From Eubacteriales bacterium (GTDB taxonomy: Bacteria > Bacillota > Clostridia > Oscillospirales > QAKW01), in assembly GCA_045660845.1 (NCBI GenBank), contig JAZREO010000115.1:1-49597 (forward strand): a stretch of 49,597 nt of DNA, given 5' to 3'. Every line of letters begins with the position of its first letter. Position 1 is the stretch's first letter. A program made the position numbers and the translations under genes. Shown here in pieces: positions 9,030 to 18,537 of this stretch. Below the pieces are notes generated by a model. The model had not been told where the DNA came from, ran no database searches, and saw nothing but the letters and a program-made list of their open reading frames with translations.

Positions 9030-9944
9030 TTATACTTCGGAGGTCAGCAGCAGGGCGTCGCCCTTCAGGGTGAAACTGCCGTAGCCGGCGGGGATGAAAT
9101 AGGCGGTGCCGGGGGTGAGGGGCAGGTCTTCCTCCAAGGTGCCGCTGCCCTTTAAGCAGATAAGGAATTTGAAGGAGCTTTCATCGCAGGTCAGCGTTTT
9201 TTCACCGGAAACAGCAAGTTTTTTTGCGGTGAAGTATTTACATTCCGCGATGACCTCACCGTCTGCGGCGGGGCGGGAGAGAGGGGTATATTCGAACTTA
9301 CTAAGGTCACTTACCGCTTTGGCTTTTTCCACATGCAACTCCCGGGGATTACCGGCGGCATCAGTGCGTCCGTAGTCGTAGACCCGGTAGGTAATGTTGC
9401 TGTTCTGCTGGACCTCACAGATCAGGCAGCCCTTGCCGATGGCGTGAATAGTGCCGGCGGGGATGAAATAACATTCGCCCGGGGTGACGGGGAAGAAGTT
9501 GAGAAGGGCGGTGAGGGTATTTTGCTGAATGGCGGCTTCCAACTGAGCGGGGGTGATCGCTTCTTTAAAGCCTAAGTAAATACCGGCGCCCTCTGCGGCG
9601 TCCACGATATACCACATTTCTGTCTTTCCATAGCTATTTTCATGCGCCAAGGCGTATTCATCGGAGGGGTGGACCTGCACCGAGAGGTCGCTGCCTGCGT
9701 CGATCAACTTGATCAGCTGAGGGAAGTTTTCAAATTTTTCCAGGTTGGTACCCCATTCTGAGCGGGTGACCGCGTCTGCAAGAGGGGTGCCGTCATCTAA
9801 GAGAGTCAGCCCGTCCGGGTGAAAGGAAAGCTCCCAGGTCTCGGAAAGGGTGGGGGCATCGGTCTTTTTGCCGTAATCTTGGATCAGCCTGGTGCCGCCC
9901 CAGATATAATTTTTAACAGCGGGTGTCAGTTTTTGAATTTTCAT
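9030..9944 (-). CDS. manA: Mannose-6-phosphate isomerase, class I
   Basis: YIWGG, ETWELSFHP, LSVQVHP, GKTEMWY, IPAGTIHAIG, EVQQNSNITYRVYDY. Confidence 0.92.
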   Translation of the reverse strand: MKIQKLTPAVKNYIWGGTRLIQDYGKKTDAPTLSETWELSFHPDGLTLLDDGTPLADAVTRSEWGTNLEKFENFPQLIKLIDAGSDLSVQVHPSDEYALAHENSYGKTEMWYIVDAAEGAGIYLGFKEAITPAQLEAAIQQNTLTALLNFFPVTPGECYFIPAGTIHAIGKGCLICEVQQNSNITYRVYDYGRTDAAGNPRELHVEKAKAVSDLSKFEYTPLSRPAADGEVIAECKYFTAKKLAVSGEKTLTCDESSFKFLICLKGSGTLEEDLPLTPGTAYFIPAGYGSFTLKGDALLLTSEV

Positions 9945-10070
9945 AGTGAACCTCCATGTTTGATGATATCATTATAAAATGATTGGACAACTTTTTCAAG
10001 TCTTTAATTTGTGTTTACTTTTTTAAAATGGTGTGATACTATAAAGTGAGAATATCTGGAAGGAGTATCC

Positions 10071-10976
10071 ATGGAATTTTTGTATTTCTTAGAAAACCTG
10101 CGCAATCCGGTATTGGATTTCATCATGCAACAGCTCACCCATCTGGGGGAGGAGACCGTTTTTATGGCGGTGGCGATGTTTTTCCTCTGGTGCGTCGATA
10201 AGATGAAGGGATACTATCTGCTGACCATCGGCTTTTTGGGGACGCAGATCAATCAACTGCTGAAGGTGACCTTCCGTATTCCCCGGCCTTGGGTCAGGGA
10301 TCCTGATTTTACCGTTGTGGAGAGCGCAGTTCCTGAGGCGACGGGCTATTCTTTTCCCAGCGGTCATACCCAGAGTGCAGTCGGTACTTTCGGTGGCATC
10401 GCCCGCTGGACCCGGCGCCGGTGGCTTCGGAACATCTGCATCGGGATCTGCGTCATCGTCCCGCTGACTCGGATGTATCTGGGCGTTCATACACCCTTAG
10501 ATGTGGGGGTTTCGGTTCTGATCGCTGCAGCGCTGATCTTCGGTCTTTATCCCCTGCTCCATAAAGCGACAGAGCATCCAAAGGGGATGCGGGTCTTATT
10601 GATCGTTTTGTTGCTCTGGTCGGTGGGTCAGGTGCTCTTTATGGAATTTTTTGCCGGCGCTGCCGAGGAAGAACTATTCAGTGCCTTGAAGAATGCTTAT
10701 AAGATGCTGGGTTCTGTGGCAGGCTTTGCGGTGGTCTACGAGCTGGATCAGCGGTACATCCGCTATAAGACAGACGGTTGCTGGTGGGTCCAGCTGCTGA
10801 AATGGATTCCCGGGCTTTTGCTTTCAGTCGGCATCAAGGAGGCGCTGTATCTGGCGCTGGACTTTTTGCCCGGCGAGCTGCTGCACCGGATGATCGCCTA
10901 CTTTGTTTTGGTCCTTTTTGCAGGGGCAGTCTGGCCTCTGACCTTCCAATATATCCGAAAGTTGGAAAAGAAATAA
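10071..10976 (+). CDS. PAP2-family membrane phosphatase
   Basis: KxxxxxxRP, YSFPSGH, RMYLGVH motifs; multiple TM segments. Confidence 0.9.
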   Translation: MEFLYFLENLRNPVLDFIMQQLTHLGEETVFMAVAMFFLWCVDKMKGYYLLTIGFLGTQINQLLKVTFRIPRPWVRDPDFTVVESAVPEATGYSFPSGHTQSAVGTFGGIARWTRRRWLRNICIGICVIVPLTRMYLGVHTPLDVGVSVLIAAALIFGLYPLLHKATEHPKGMRVLLIVLLLWSVGQVLFMEFFAGAAEEELFSALKNAYKMLGSVAGFAVVYELDQRYIRYKTDGCWWVQLLKWIPGLLLSVGIKEALYLALDFLPGELLHRMIAYFVLVLFAGAVWPLTFQYIRKLEKK

Positions 10977-11020
10977 ACAACCCCAGATTGTACTGTCCGT
11001 ACAATCTGGGGTTGTTTTTT
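10975..11020. terminator. Bidirectional terminator
   Basis: AAACAACCCCAGATTGTAC/GTACAATCTGGGGTTGTTT. Confidence 0.8.
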
Positions 11021-11030
11021 GCAGGGCATT

Positions 11031-12428
11031 TTACTGTTTCATTAAAATCTTCACGCCGTCCTTACCGTCCTCCAGCATGACGCCCATGGCAGCCAGCTGG
11101 TCGCGGATCTCATCGGCGCGGGCAAAGTTCTTGGCAGCGCGGGCGGCAGTCCGCTCCTCGACCAAGGCTTTGACCTCGGCGGGGATCTCCATTTCCTGCT
11201 CGCCGGTGACGATGTTCAATACGCCGGTCAGTTCCAGGAACAGTTCCTTCATGGCATTGAGGAAGGGGAGGGAATGGGTATCTGCCAGCTGGGTATTGAT
11301 CCAGCGGGTTAGGTCGAAGATGGCGGAGAGAGCGTCTGCGGTGTTGAGGTCGTCGTCCATCTTCTCCAGGAATTTTTCTTTGAAGGCAGGCAGTTCCTTG
11401 AGCAATTCTTCTTCCTCAGCGGTCAGCTTGCCGGAAGATGCCTTGATGGCATATTCCAGATTATTCTTGGTGGTATACAGTCGCTGCAGGCTCGCCTTTG
11501 CAGCTTCCAGGACATCCTTACTGTAGTTAATGGGGCTGCGGTAGTGGGAGGAGAGCATGAAAAGGCGGATGGCTTCATAGCCATAGGCCGCTGCCGCATC
11601 CCGGACGGTAAAGAAATTACCGGCGGACTTACTCATTTTGCGGTTATCCACATTGATATGACCATTGTGCAGCCAGTAATGGGCGAAATCACAGCCGTTG
11701 GCGGCTTCACTCTGGGCGATCTCATTTTCATGATGGGGGAAGATCAGGTCTACGCCGCCGCAATGAATGTCGATGGTCTTGCCGAGAAATTTGCACGCCA
11801 TGGCGGAGCACTCAATGTGCCAGCCGGGGCGACCCATGCCCCAGGGAGATTCCCATGCGGGCTCGCCGGGCTTTGCCGCCTTCCAGACGGCGAAGTCCAT
11901 GGGATCCTCCTTCAGGTCGTTGACATCGATGCGAGCACCGCTTTCCAGCTGATCCATAGGCAAATGGGAGAGCTTGCCGTAGTCCTTGAATTTCTTGGTG
12001 GAGTAGAAAACATCCCCGCCGGACTCATAGGCGTAGCCCTTTTCAATAAGATCCTCGATGATATGGATGATATCGCCGATGCAATGGGTGGCGCGGGGAT
12101 GGATGGTGGCCTTGCCGACACCTAAGCCTTGAGCATCGGTGTAGTATTCCTCGATGTAGCGGTCGCCCAGCTCAGCCAGGGTGACCCCCTCCTCGTTGGA
12201 CTTTTTGATCATTTTATCGTCCACATCGGTGAAGTTCTGGACGAACTTGACTTTATAGCCCCGGTACTCAAAGTACCGTCTGAGCACATCGAAGGTGATG
12301 AAGGGACGGGCGTTACCGATATGAAAATAGTTATAAACGGTAGGTCCGCAGGCGTACATCAGCACCTTACCGGGGGTGATAGGGACGAATTCTTCCTTTT
12401 GACGGGTCAACGTGTTAAAAAGTTTCAT
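11031..12428 (-). CDS. cysS: Cysteinyl-tRNA synthetase
   Basis: CGPTVY, HIGN, GRPGWHIECS, KMSKS; true start MKLFNT at 12428 after GGAGG. Confidence 0.97.
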   Translation of the reverse strand: MKLFNTLTRQKEEFVPITPGKVLMYACGPTVYNYFHIGNARPFITFDVLRRYFEYRGYKVKFVQNFTDVDDKMIKKSNEEGVTLAELGDRYIEEYYTDAQGLGVGKATIHPRATHCIGDIIHIIEDLIEKGYAYESGGDVFYSTKKFKDYGKLSHLPMDQLESGARIDVNDLKEDPMDFAVWKAAKPGEPAWESPWGMGRPGWHIECSAMACKFLGKTIDIHCGGVDLIFPHHENEIAQSEAANGCDFAHYWLHNGHINVDNRKMSKSAGNFFTVRDAAAAYGYEAIRLFMLSSHYRSPINYSKDVLEAAKASLQRLYTTKNNLEYAIKASSGKLTAEEEELLKELPAFKEKFLEKMDDDLNTADALSAIFDLTRWINTQLADTHSLPFLNAMKELFLELTGVLNIVTGEQEMEIPAEVKALVEERTAARAAKNFARADEIRDQLAAMGVMLEDGKDGVKILMKQ

Positions 12429-12429
12429 A

Positions 12430-13065
12430 TTATTTATCCTCCATTTTTTTCTCAAGTTCTTCAATTTTTGCGGTAAGCCGGGCAAGCTCCTGGGCAATGG
12501 GGTCCGGGACATGGACCTGGTCCAGAGGATCCTCCTCCACCTTTTTGCCGTTTTGCTTGACGATTTGGGCAGGGACGCCCACCGCCGTCGAATGAGGCGG
12601 TATTTCCTCCAGCACCACCGCATTGGCGGCGATCTTGCTATGGCTGCCGATGGTAAAGGGACCTAAAATTTTGGCACCGCTGCCCACCATGACATGGTCC
12701 CCTAAGGTGGGGTGGCGCTTGCCGGAATCCTTTCCGGTTCCGCCCAGGGTGACTCCCTGGTAGAGCAGACAGTGATCACCGATGACGCAGGTCTCGCCGA
12801 TGACGATACCGGTACCATGGTCGATCACCAGCCCCTTGCCGATCTCTGCCGCCGGGTGGATCTCTACGCCGGTACGGAACTTGGCATACTGGGAGACCCA
12901 GCGGGCTAAAAAGAAACATTTATGGCGATAGAGCCAATGTGAAAGTCGGTAAAAAAGCACTGCATGAAAGCCGTTATAGAGCAAAAAGATCTCCGCCTTG
13001 CTGCGGGCAGCAGGGTCCCGCTCCATAAAGGCGTCCAGATCCTCACGCACCTTTTTGAATAACAT
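12430..13065 (-). CDS. cysE: Serine O-acetyltransferase
   Basis: RDPAA, TGVEIHP, IDHGTGIVIGET, KRHPTLGD hexapeptide repeats. Confidence 0.95.
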   Translation of the reverse strand: MLFKKVREDLDAFMERDPAARSKAEIFLLYNGFHAVLFYRLSHWLYRHKCFFLARWVSQYAKFRTGVEIHPAAEIGKGLVIDHGTGIVIGETCVIGDHCLLYQGVTLGGTGKDSGKRHPTLGDHVMVGSGAKILGPFTIGSHSKIAANAVVLEEIPPHSTAVGVPAQIVKQNGKKVEEDPLDQVHVPDPIAQELARLTAKIEELEKKMEDK

Positions 13066-13075
13066 AAACTACCTC

Positions 13076-13300
13076 CAAAAAAATAAGCCTCTGTTGCCAT
13101 AGGCAACAGAGGCGTAAAACACGCGGTTCCACTCTGATTTATCACTCAAAGGTCCCGGTAACGGAGGACGCCGCCTTTCACTGACGCAAAAGGAACCACT
13201 GCGGAGCGCACACTTGGGGAAAACGCTGCTTATCGGGCTTTCAGCCGCCGACCCGACTCTCTGCTAAGGGCGAATTCCTTACTATTTCCGCAGGAAATGT
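13076..13300 (-). ncRNA. T-box riboswitch (Cys) upstream of cysE-cysS
   Basis: Minus strand shows AGAGA and GCTGAA stem I motifs, probable UGC specifier, CCGTTA, T-box AATCAGAGTGGAACCGCG and terminator GCCTCTGTTGCC/GGCAACAGAGGC + T tract. Confidence 0.92.
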
Positions 13301-13480
13301 ATCAACATTTTAATTTATTATATGATAAAGAGGAGAAAATTGCAAGACTTTTTCATTTTTTTGCTCTGCTCTACGGAAAAAATTGTGAAAATCTTTAGAT
13401 TTTTCCATTTTTCTTCACACTTTTTTCATGAAGTTGAGGTATAATATAGTCAAGTAAAAAATCTGGAGGGTTAAAAACCG

Positions 13481-14878
13481 ATGAGTGAATATAATTTTGA
13501 TCCCATGACCGGCGAGCCCATCAAAAAGGACGAGCCTGTGATCGAGCCTACCCCGACGGAGGACACGACCTATCATTATGTCCGTCCGGAATTCGGCGAG
13601 ACCCGATTCCATGAGCCGGAGTCGCCGAAGGCAGAAGAAACCGAGTCCTATTATCAACCGCCCCAACCGAAGAGGCCTAAAAAGGAGCCGAAGCCTATCA
13701 CCGCCAAGGTGTTTGTTCCGGTGGTGGCAAGCGTGGCGGTGCTGGCGATGGTACTGGGTCTTGCGGGCGGTCTGATCGGCGCACGGTATTTTGGAAGCAA
13801 TACGGTTACTGCCGGAACAGCAGTGATCTATAAGACCACCAAATTGAAGGATGCGGACGGTGGAAACGCCAAGGAAACCCTCACCGTCCCCGAAGTGGCG
13901 GCGCTGGTCAAGAACAGCGTGGTGGAGATCACCACCGAGCAGATCGTCACCGGTTCTTTTATGCAGCAGTATGTCAGCGAGGGCGCCGGCAGCGGCGTCA
14001 TTATCACCGCGGACGGCTATATCGTCACCAATCACCATGTTATCGAAGGTGCCACCAATATCAATGTTCGGCTGGCGGACGGCACCGAGTATGCCGCTAA
14101 GCTCATCGGCAGCGATGCCAAGAGCGATCTGGCGGTCATCAAGGTGGAAGCAACAGAGCTGACCCCGGCTGCCTACGGCAGCTCTGCGGAGCTGGCGGTG
14201 GGTGAGACGGTGGTTGCCGTTGGAAACCCCTTAGGCGAGCTGGGTGGAACCGTCACCTCCGGCATCATCAGCGCACTGGATCGAGAGATCACCATTGAAA
14301 ATACCACCATGCGGCTCTTGCAGACGGACACCGCCATCAATCCCGGCAACTCCGGCGGCGGAATGTTCAATACCAGCGGTCAGTTGGTGGGCATCGTCAA
14401 TGCCAAGTCCGCCGGTGAGGAGATCGAGGGATTGGGCTTTGCCATCCCCATCAACACTGCTGCCAAGGTGGTGGAGGATCTCCTGAATGTGGGCTATGTT
14501 ACCGGCAGAGTGGATCCCGGGTTCACCTTTGTGGAGGTCAATGACGCCATGACCGCCATGATGTATCGGGTCAGCGAGATGGGGCTCTATATCTCCGCAG
14601 TGGGCACCGATTCCGATGCGGCAAAGGCAGGCTTCCAGTCGGGAGATTATGTGGTTTCTGTGGAGGGCACCAAGGTCTCGACAGAGGCAGAGGCAAATGC
14701 CTTGATTGATGCCAAGTCGGTGGGTGATACCCTTACCATGGTCATCAAGCGGAATGGGAATGAGCAGACCATGACGCTGACCCTCAGCGAGTATATCCCC
14801 TCTGCCACCCAAAATCAGACCAAACCCCAGCAGCAAGGGCAGGTAAATCCGAATTTTGGCAACATTTTCGGATTTTGA
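13481..14878 (+). CDS. htrA: HtrA/DegP serine protease with PDZ domain
   Basis: TM anchor, GSGVI, TNHHV, DLAVIK, QTDTAINPGNSGG, C-terminal PDZ. Confidence 0.93.
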   Translation: MSEYNFDPMTGEPIKKDEPVIEPTPTEDTTYHYVRPEFGETRFHEPESPKAEETESYYQPPQPKRPKKEPKPITAKVFVPVVASVAVLAMVLGLAGGLIGARYFGSNTVTAGTAVIYKTTKLKDADGGNAKETLTVPEVAALVKNSVVEITTEQIVTGSFMQQYVSEGAGSGVIITADGYIVTNHHVIEGATNINVRLADGTEYAAKLIGSDAKSDLAVIKVEATELTPAAYGSSAELAVGETVVAVGNPLGELGGTVTSGIISALDREITIENTTMRLLQTDTAINPGNSGGGMFNTSGQLVGIVNAKSAGEEIEGLGFAIPINTAAKVVEDLLNVGYVTGRVDPGFTFVEVNDAMTAMMYRVSEMGLYISAVGTDSDAAKAGFQSGDYVVSVEGTKVSTEAEANALIDAKSVGDTLTMVIKRNGNEQTMTLTLSEYIPSATQNQTKPQQQGQVNPNFGNIFGF

Positions 14879-14883
14879 TAACG

Positions 14884-14911
14884 AAAAAACACCGCATGGC
14901 GGTGTTTTTTC
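14884..14911 (+). terminator. Intrinsic terminator
   Basis: AAAAAACACCGC-ATG-GCGGTGTTTTTT. Confidence 0.8.
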
Positions 14912-14947
14912 TATTGTATTTTTTATAAAGGGATCTAAGAGATGGTC

Positions 14948-14976
14948 TTGACTTTTTTACCGGGCAAATTTATAAT
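14948..14976 (+). promoter_or_regulatory. SigA-type promoter of uxaBA
   Basis: TTGACT-17-TATAAT. Confidence 0.7.
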
Positions 14977-15012
14977 ATTATAATAATAGTTATAATTATT
15001 GGAGGTAGCATC

Positions 15013-16419
15013 ATGCTTGCGTCAATGGAAAAGAAAAAAAGACCTATTCGTGTTATGCAATTCGGTGAGGGGAATTTCCTCCGCGCCTTTGCGGACTATA
15101 TTTTAGAAACTGCCAACGATAGCGGTATCGCCGATACCAATGTGGCGATCGTCAACCCCCTGCCCTATGAGCTGCCGGATCGGTTTGCCAAGCAGAACTG
15201 TACTTATAATGTTGTTGTACGCGGTCTGCAGGACGGCGAGAAGGTGGATCGGGAGCGGATCATCACCTGCGTGGAAAAGGCGATCAGCCCGGTCAGCGAA
15301 GCAGAGGCCTACCGAGAGCTCTATCTTTCCCCGGAGCTGCGGTTTGTTATCTCCAATACCACCGAGGCGGGCATCGTCCTGGATCGGGAGGATGATTATA
15401 ACCTGCCCTATCCCAAGAGTTTCCCCGGCAAGGTCACCAAGCTGCTCCATGAGCGGTTCCTGCATTTTAAGGGCGCTGCCGATAAGGGCTTATTCTTCCT
15501 GCCGGTGGAGCTGATCGAGGAGAACGGCACCAACCTTAAACGCTGCGTGCTGGAGCTTGCCAAGATCTGGAATCTGGGCGAGGAGTTCGCTGCTTGGGTA
15601 GAGGGCAACTGTGTGTTCGCCAATACTTTGGTAGACCGCATCGTTTCCGGCTATCCCAGAGATACCATTGAAATGTACGATAAAAAATTGGGCTACCACG
15701 ATGACCTGCTGGTGGTCACCGAGCCTTATCACCTTTGGGTCATTGAGGCGGATCCCCGCCTGCAGAAGGAGCTGCCTCTGGATACGGTGATGCCCAATGT
15801 GGTGTTTGCACCGGTCCGCCCCTACCGGGAGCGCAAGGTGCGTCTGCTCAACGGCAGCCATACGTTGCTGACCCCTGTGGCGCTGCTCTGGGGCAAGACC
15901 TATGTTCGGGAATGTATGGGTGATGAAAAGCTGGCGGCTTACCTGGAAAAGGCGGTCATGGAAGAGATCCTGCCGGGCATCGATTGCCTGCCCCGGGAGG
16001 AACTGCTGGACTTTTATCATGCTGTGGTGGAGCGGTTCGCCAACCCCTTCATGGATCATGCGCTGAAATCCATCAGTCTGAATACCGTTTCTAAGTATCA
16101 TGCCAGAGTGCTGCCCTCTGTTCAGGCATATTATGAGGCAAATAAAAAGGCACCTCGCCTGCTGACCTTTGCTTTCGCCGCAACCCTGGCGTATATGACC
16201 TCTGCGGAGGATGTCCAGGATACCGAAGATGTTCTGGCGTTTTTAGCTGCCCACCGCAGCGACGATGCGGAGCAGCTCATGGAGGCTGTCTGGGCGGAAG
16301 GGCTCTTTGCCAAGGAGATGCAGGAACTGCCCGGCTTTGCCGCGCAGGCGCTGGCTGATCTGAAGGCGATTCGTGGCGAGGGCATCGAGGCCGCCTTGAA
16401 AAAGGCAATGGAGGCATAA
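15013..16419 (+). CDS. uxaB: Tagaturonate reductase / altronate oxidoreductase
   Basis: QFGEGNFLRAF, ISNTTEAGI, SFPGK, NTLVDRIV, RERKVRLLNGSH, RFANPF. Confidence 0.92.
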   Translation: MLASMEKKKRPIRVMQFGEGNFLRAFADYILETANDSGIADTNVAIVNPLPYELPDRFAKQNCTYNVVVRGLQDGEKVDRERIITCVEKAISPVSEAEAYRELYLSPELRFVISNTTEAGIVLDREDDYNLPYPKSFPGKVTKLLHERFLHFKGAADKGLFFLPVELIEENGTNLKRCVLELAKIWNLGEEFAAWVEGNCVFANTLVDRIVSGYPRDTIEMYDKKLGYHDDLLVVTEPYHLWVIEADPRLQKELPLDTVMPNVVFAPVRPYRERKVRLLNGSHTLLTPVALLWGKTYVRECMGDEKLAAYLEKAVMEEILPGIDCLPREELLDFYHAVVERFANPFMDHALKSISLNTVSKYHARVLPSVQAYYEANKKAPRLLTFAFAATLAYMTSAEDVQDTEDVLAFLAAHRSDDAEQLMEAVWAEGLFAKEMQELPGFAAQALADLKAIRGEGIEAALKKAMEA

Positions 16420-16422
16420 AAG

Positions 16423-17889
16423 ATGAAAGATTTTTTGCGGCTGAATGACCGCGATAACGCGGTAGTCGCCTGCCGGGAGCTGCAGCCGGGTGAGGTGCTG
16501 GAAAACGGCATCCGGGTGCTGGAAACAGTCCCCAAGGGGCATAAGATCGCGGCAGAACCTATTGCTAAAGGGAAGGACGTTATCAAATACGGCTACCCCA
16601 TCGGCTATGCGGTCTGCGATATTCAGGCAGGTCAGTGGATCCATACTCATAATATCAAGACCAAGCTCTCCGAGACCACGGAATATGTTTATAATAAGCG
16701 TAGCTGCACCCTCCCTCTGGTGGCGCCCGATACCTTTATGGGCTACCGCCGGGAAAACGGCGGGGTGGGTATCCGCAATGAGATTTGGATCATCCCCGCT
16801 GTGGGCTGTGTTAATAAGATCGCGGAAGCCATGGCGAAGTTTGCCGCCGAGGAGTTGCCGGAAAATGTGGATGGCGTTTTTGCCTTTCCCCATCCGTATG
16901 GCTGCTCTCAGATCGGGGACGATCATGAAAACACCAAGCAGTTGCTGAGTGCGCTCTGCAATCACCCCAATGCAGGCGGTGTCCTGCTGCTGGGGCTGGG
17001 TTGTGAAAATAACCAGATCGATGCTATGCTGCCTCTTATCCGGGAGGACCGGATGAAGCGGGTCCGGACGCTGGTCTGCCAGCAGGTAGGCGACGAAATG
17101 GAGGAGGGTGCCAAGCTCATCAACGAGCTGAAGGCGCTCTGCAGCAAAGATCGGCGGGAGCCGGTCCCTGTCAGCGAGTTGATCGTCGGCATGAAGTGCG
17201 GCGGATCGGATGCCTTTTCCGGGATCACCGCCAACCCCTTGGTGGGTGCCTTCTCCGACTTGATGGCGGCGCAGGGCGGTACCACCCTCCTGACGGAGGT
17301 GCCGGAGATGTTCGGCGCAGAAAATCCGCTCCTTGCCCGGAGCCGGGATGAGGAGATCTTCCGGCAGGGCGTGGAGATGATCGAGGATTTCAAAAATTAT
17401 TACCGTAAGAACGATCAGCCTATCTATGAAAATCCCTCCCCCGGCAATAAGGCGGGCGGCATCACCACCCTGGAGGAAAAATCCCTGGGCTGCATCGAAA
17501 AGGCAGGATCCAGCGAGATCCAGGCGGTGCTGAAATATACCCAACCGGCGACGGTCAAGGGTCTGCAGATCCTCAGCGCGCCGGGCAACGATCTGGTCGC
17601 CACCACCACCCTGGCGGCGTCCGGTGCCCATCTGGTGCTTTTTACCACCGGGCGGGGTACCCCCTTTGCAGGACCGGTCCCCACAGTGAAGATCTCCACC
17701 AATTCTGATCTCTATCAGCGCAAGTCCAATTGGATCGATTTCAATGCCGGCGAGCTGCTGGAGAAGGCGGAGATGGCGACTCTGGCAAAGGAACTTTACG
17801 ATTATGTCCTGAAGCTGGCGTCCGGGGAAGTGGGCGTCAAGCAGGAGAGCCGCGAGCTGGCGATCTTTAAGACCGGCGTTACATTATAA
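16423..17889 (+). CDS. uxaA: Altronate dehydratase
   Basis: SAF domain, GIRNE, HPYGCSQ, KCGGSD, ENPSPGNKAGGITTLEEKSLG, FTTGRGTP. Confidence 0.93.
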   Translation: MKDFLRLNDRDNAVVACRELQPGEVLENGIRVLETVPKGHKIAAEPIAKGKDVIKYGYPIGYAVCDIQAGQWIHTHNIKTKLSETTEYVYNKRSCTLPLVAPDTFMGYRRENGGVGIRNEIWIIPAVGCVNKIAEAMAKFAAEELPENVDGVFAFPHPYGCSQIGDDHENTKQLLSALCNHPNAGGVLLLGLGCENNQIDAMLPLIREDRMKRVRTLVCQQVGDEMEEGAKLINELKALCSKDRREPVPVSELIVGMKCGGSDAFSGITANPLVGAFSDLMAAQGGTTLLTEVPEMFGAENPLLARSRDEEIFRQGVEMIEDFKNYYRKNDQPIYENPSPGNKAGGITTLEEKSLGCIEKAGSSEIQAVLKYTQPATVKGLQILSAPGNDLVATTTLAASGAHLVLFTTGRGTPFAGPVPTVKISTNSDLYQRKSNWIDFNAGELLEKAEMATLAKELYDYVLKLASGEVGVKQESRELAIFKTGVTL

Positions 17890-17925
17890 TAAAAAAAGAG
17901 AAGGTTCGGCAGAACCTTCTCTTTT

Positions 17926-18429
17926 TTATTCGATTACATCTTCCGGCGGGATGTCCCGCGCTATGGAATAGTTGCTATAGGCGGGGTCCTCCGTCACCTC
18001 CCGCAGCACGGTGATAAAGGGCGGCAGGGTGAATTCCTCGCTTTCTGATTTCAACTCTACCTCCATAATCGCCTGGCGGCTCCAGAAGGGAAAGATATCG
18101 ATCTCAAAGGTATGCCCTGCGTAGGGCAGGCAGTAGCGGGTCTTGCGAATGGTTTGCCGCCGGGGATCCCGGGTGGCTAAGCGGCGGTCATATTCTTCCT
18201 TCGTCAGCTCCCGCTCGATCTCGATGCGGCGCATGGACGACATGTTGCGTTTACAGGTCTCGATATAAGTTACTTTTCTGCGCTCCTCGGTACGGCGTAC
18301 GCGCACAGATCCCTCTGACGCTGCCAGATAGGTCTGGGAAATTTCTTTGATCCTGCAAAGGGTGCCCAGATTGAGAAGATCGGGACGAAGGATCAAAAAT
18401 TTTCGTTCAATCTCGTATGGGGGCATCAT
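17926..18429 (-). CDS. CYTH-domain (adenylate cyclase/triphosphatase-like) protein
   Basis: EIERKFL, QTYL, RVR, KTRY, EIDIF, EVEL, EVTEDPAYSN; start approximate. Confidence 0.85.
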   Translation of the reverse strand: MMPPYEIERKFLILRPDLLNLGTLCRIKEISQTYLAASEGSVRVRRTEERRKVTYIETCKRNMSSMRRIEIERELTKEEYDRRLATRDPRRQTIRKTRYCLPYAGHTFEIDIFPFWSRQAIMEVELKSESEEFTLPPFITVLREVTEDPAYSNYSIARDIPPEDVIE

Positions 18430-18537
18430 CTTCACCTCTTCCATATTTACATTATAAAGGTTTGATTTATAAAAAGCAAGAAAAATTGACAAGATATGAA
18501 CGGAATGTTATGATATTATGAAGAAAGGGGGGAGCTC

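Noticed and set aside
12429-12623. N-terminal extension of cysS in the ORF track (similar extensions for pyrR, upp, nfnA, the cyclophilin and the S component)
   Set aside because: They overlap upstream genes or regulatory DNA; downstream starts have an RBS and match the family N-termini
13380-13432. TTTTCA-like direct repeats upstream of htrA (CssR-like box)
   Set aside because: Plausible but degenerate and T-rich; cannot be told from background by eye
16243-17631. 462-aa minus-strand ORF (likewise 6411-7391, 21335-22240, 22337-23365, 43796-44680)
   Set aside because: Antisense shadows of well-supported genes
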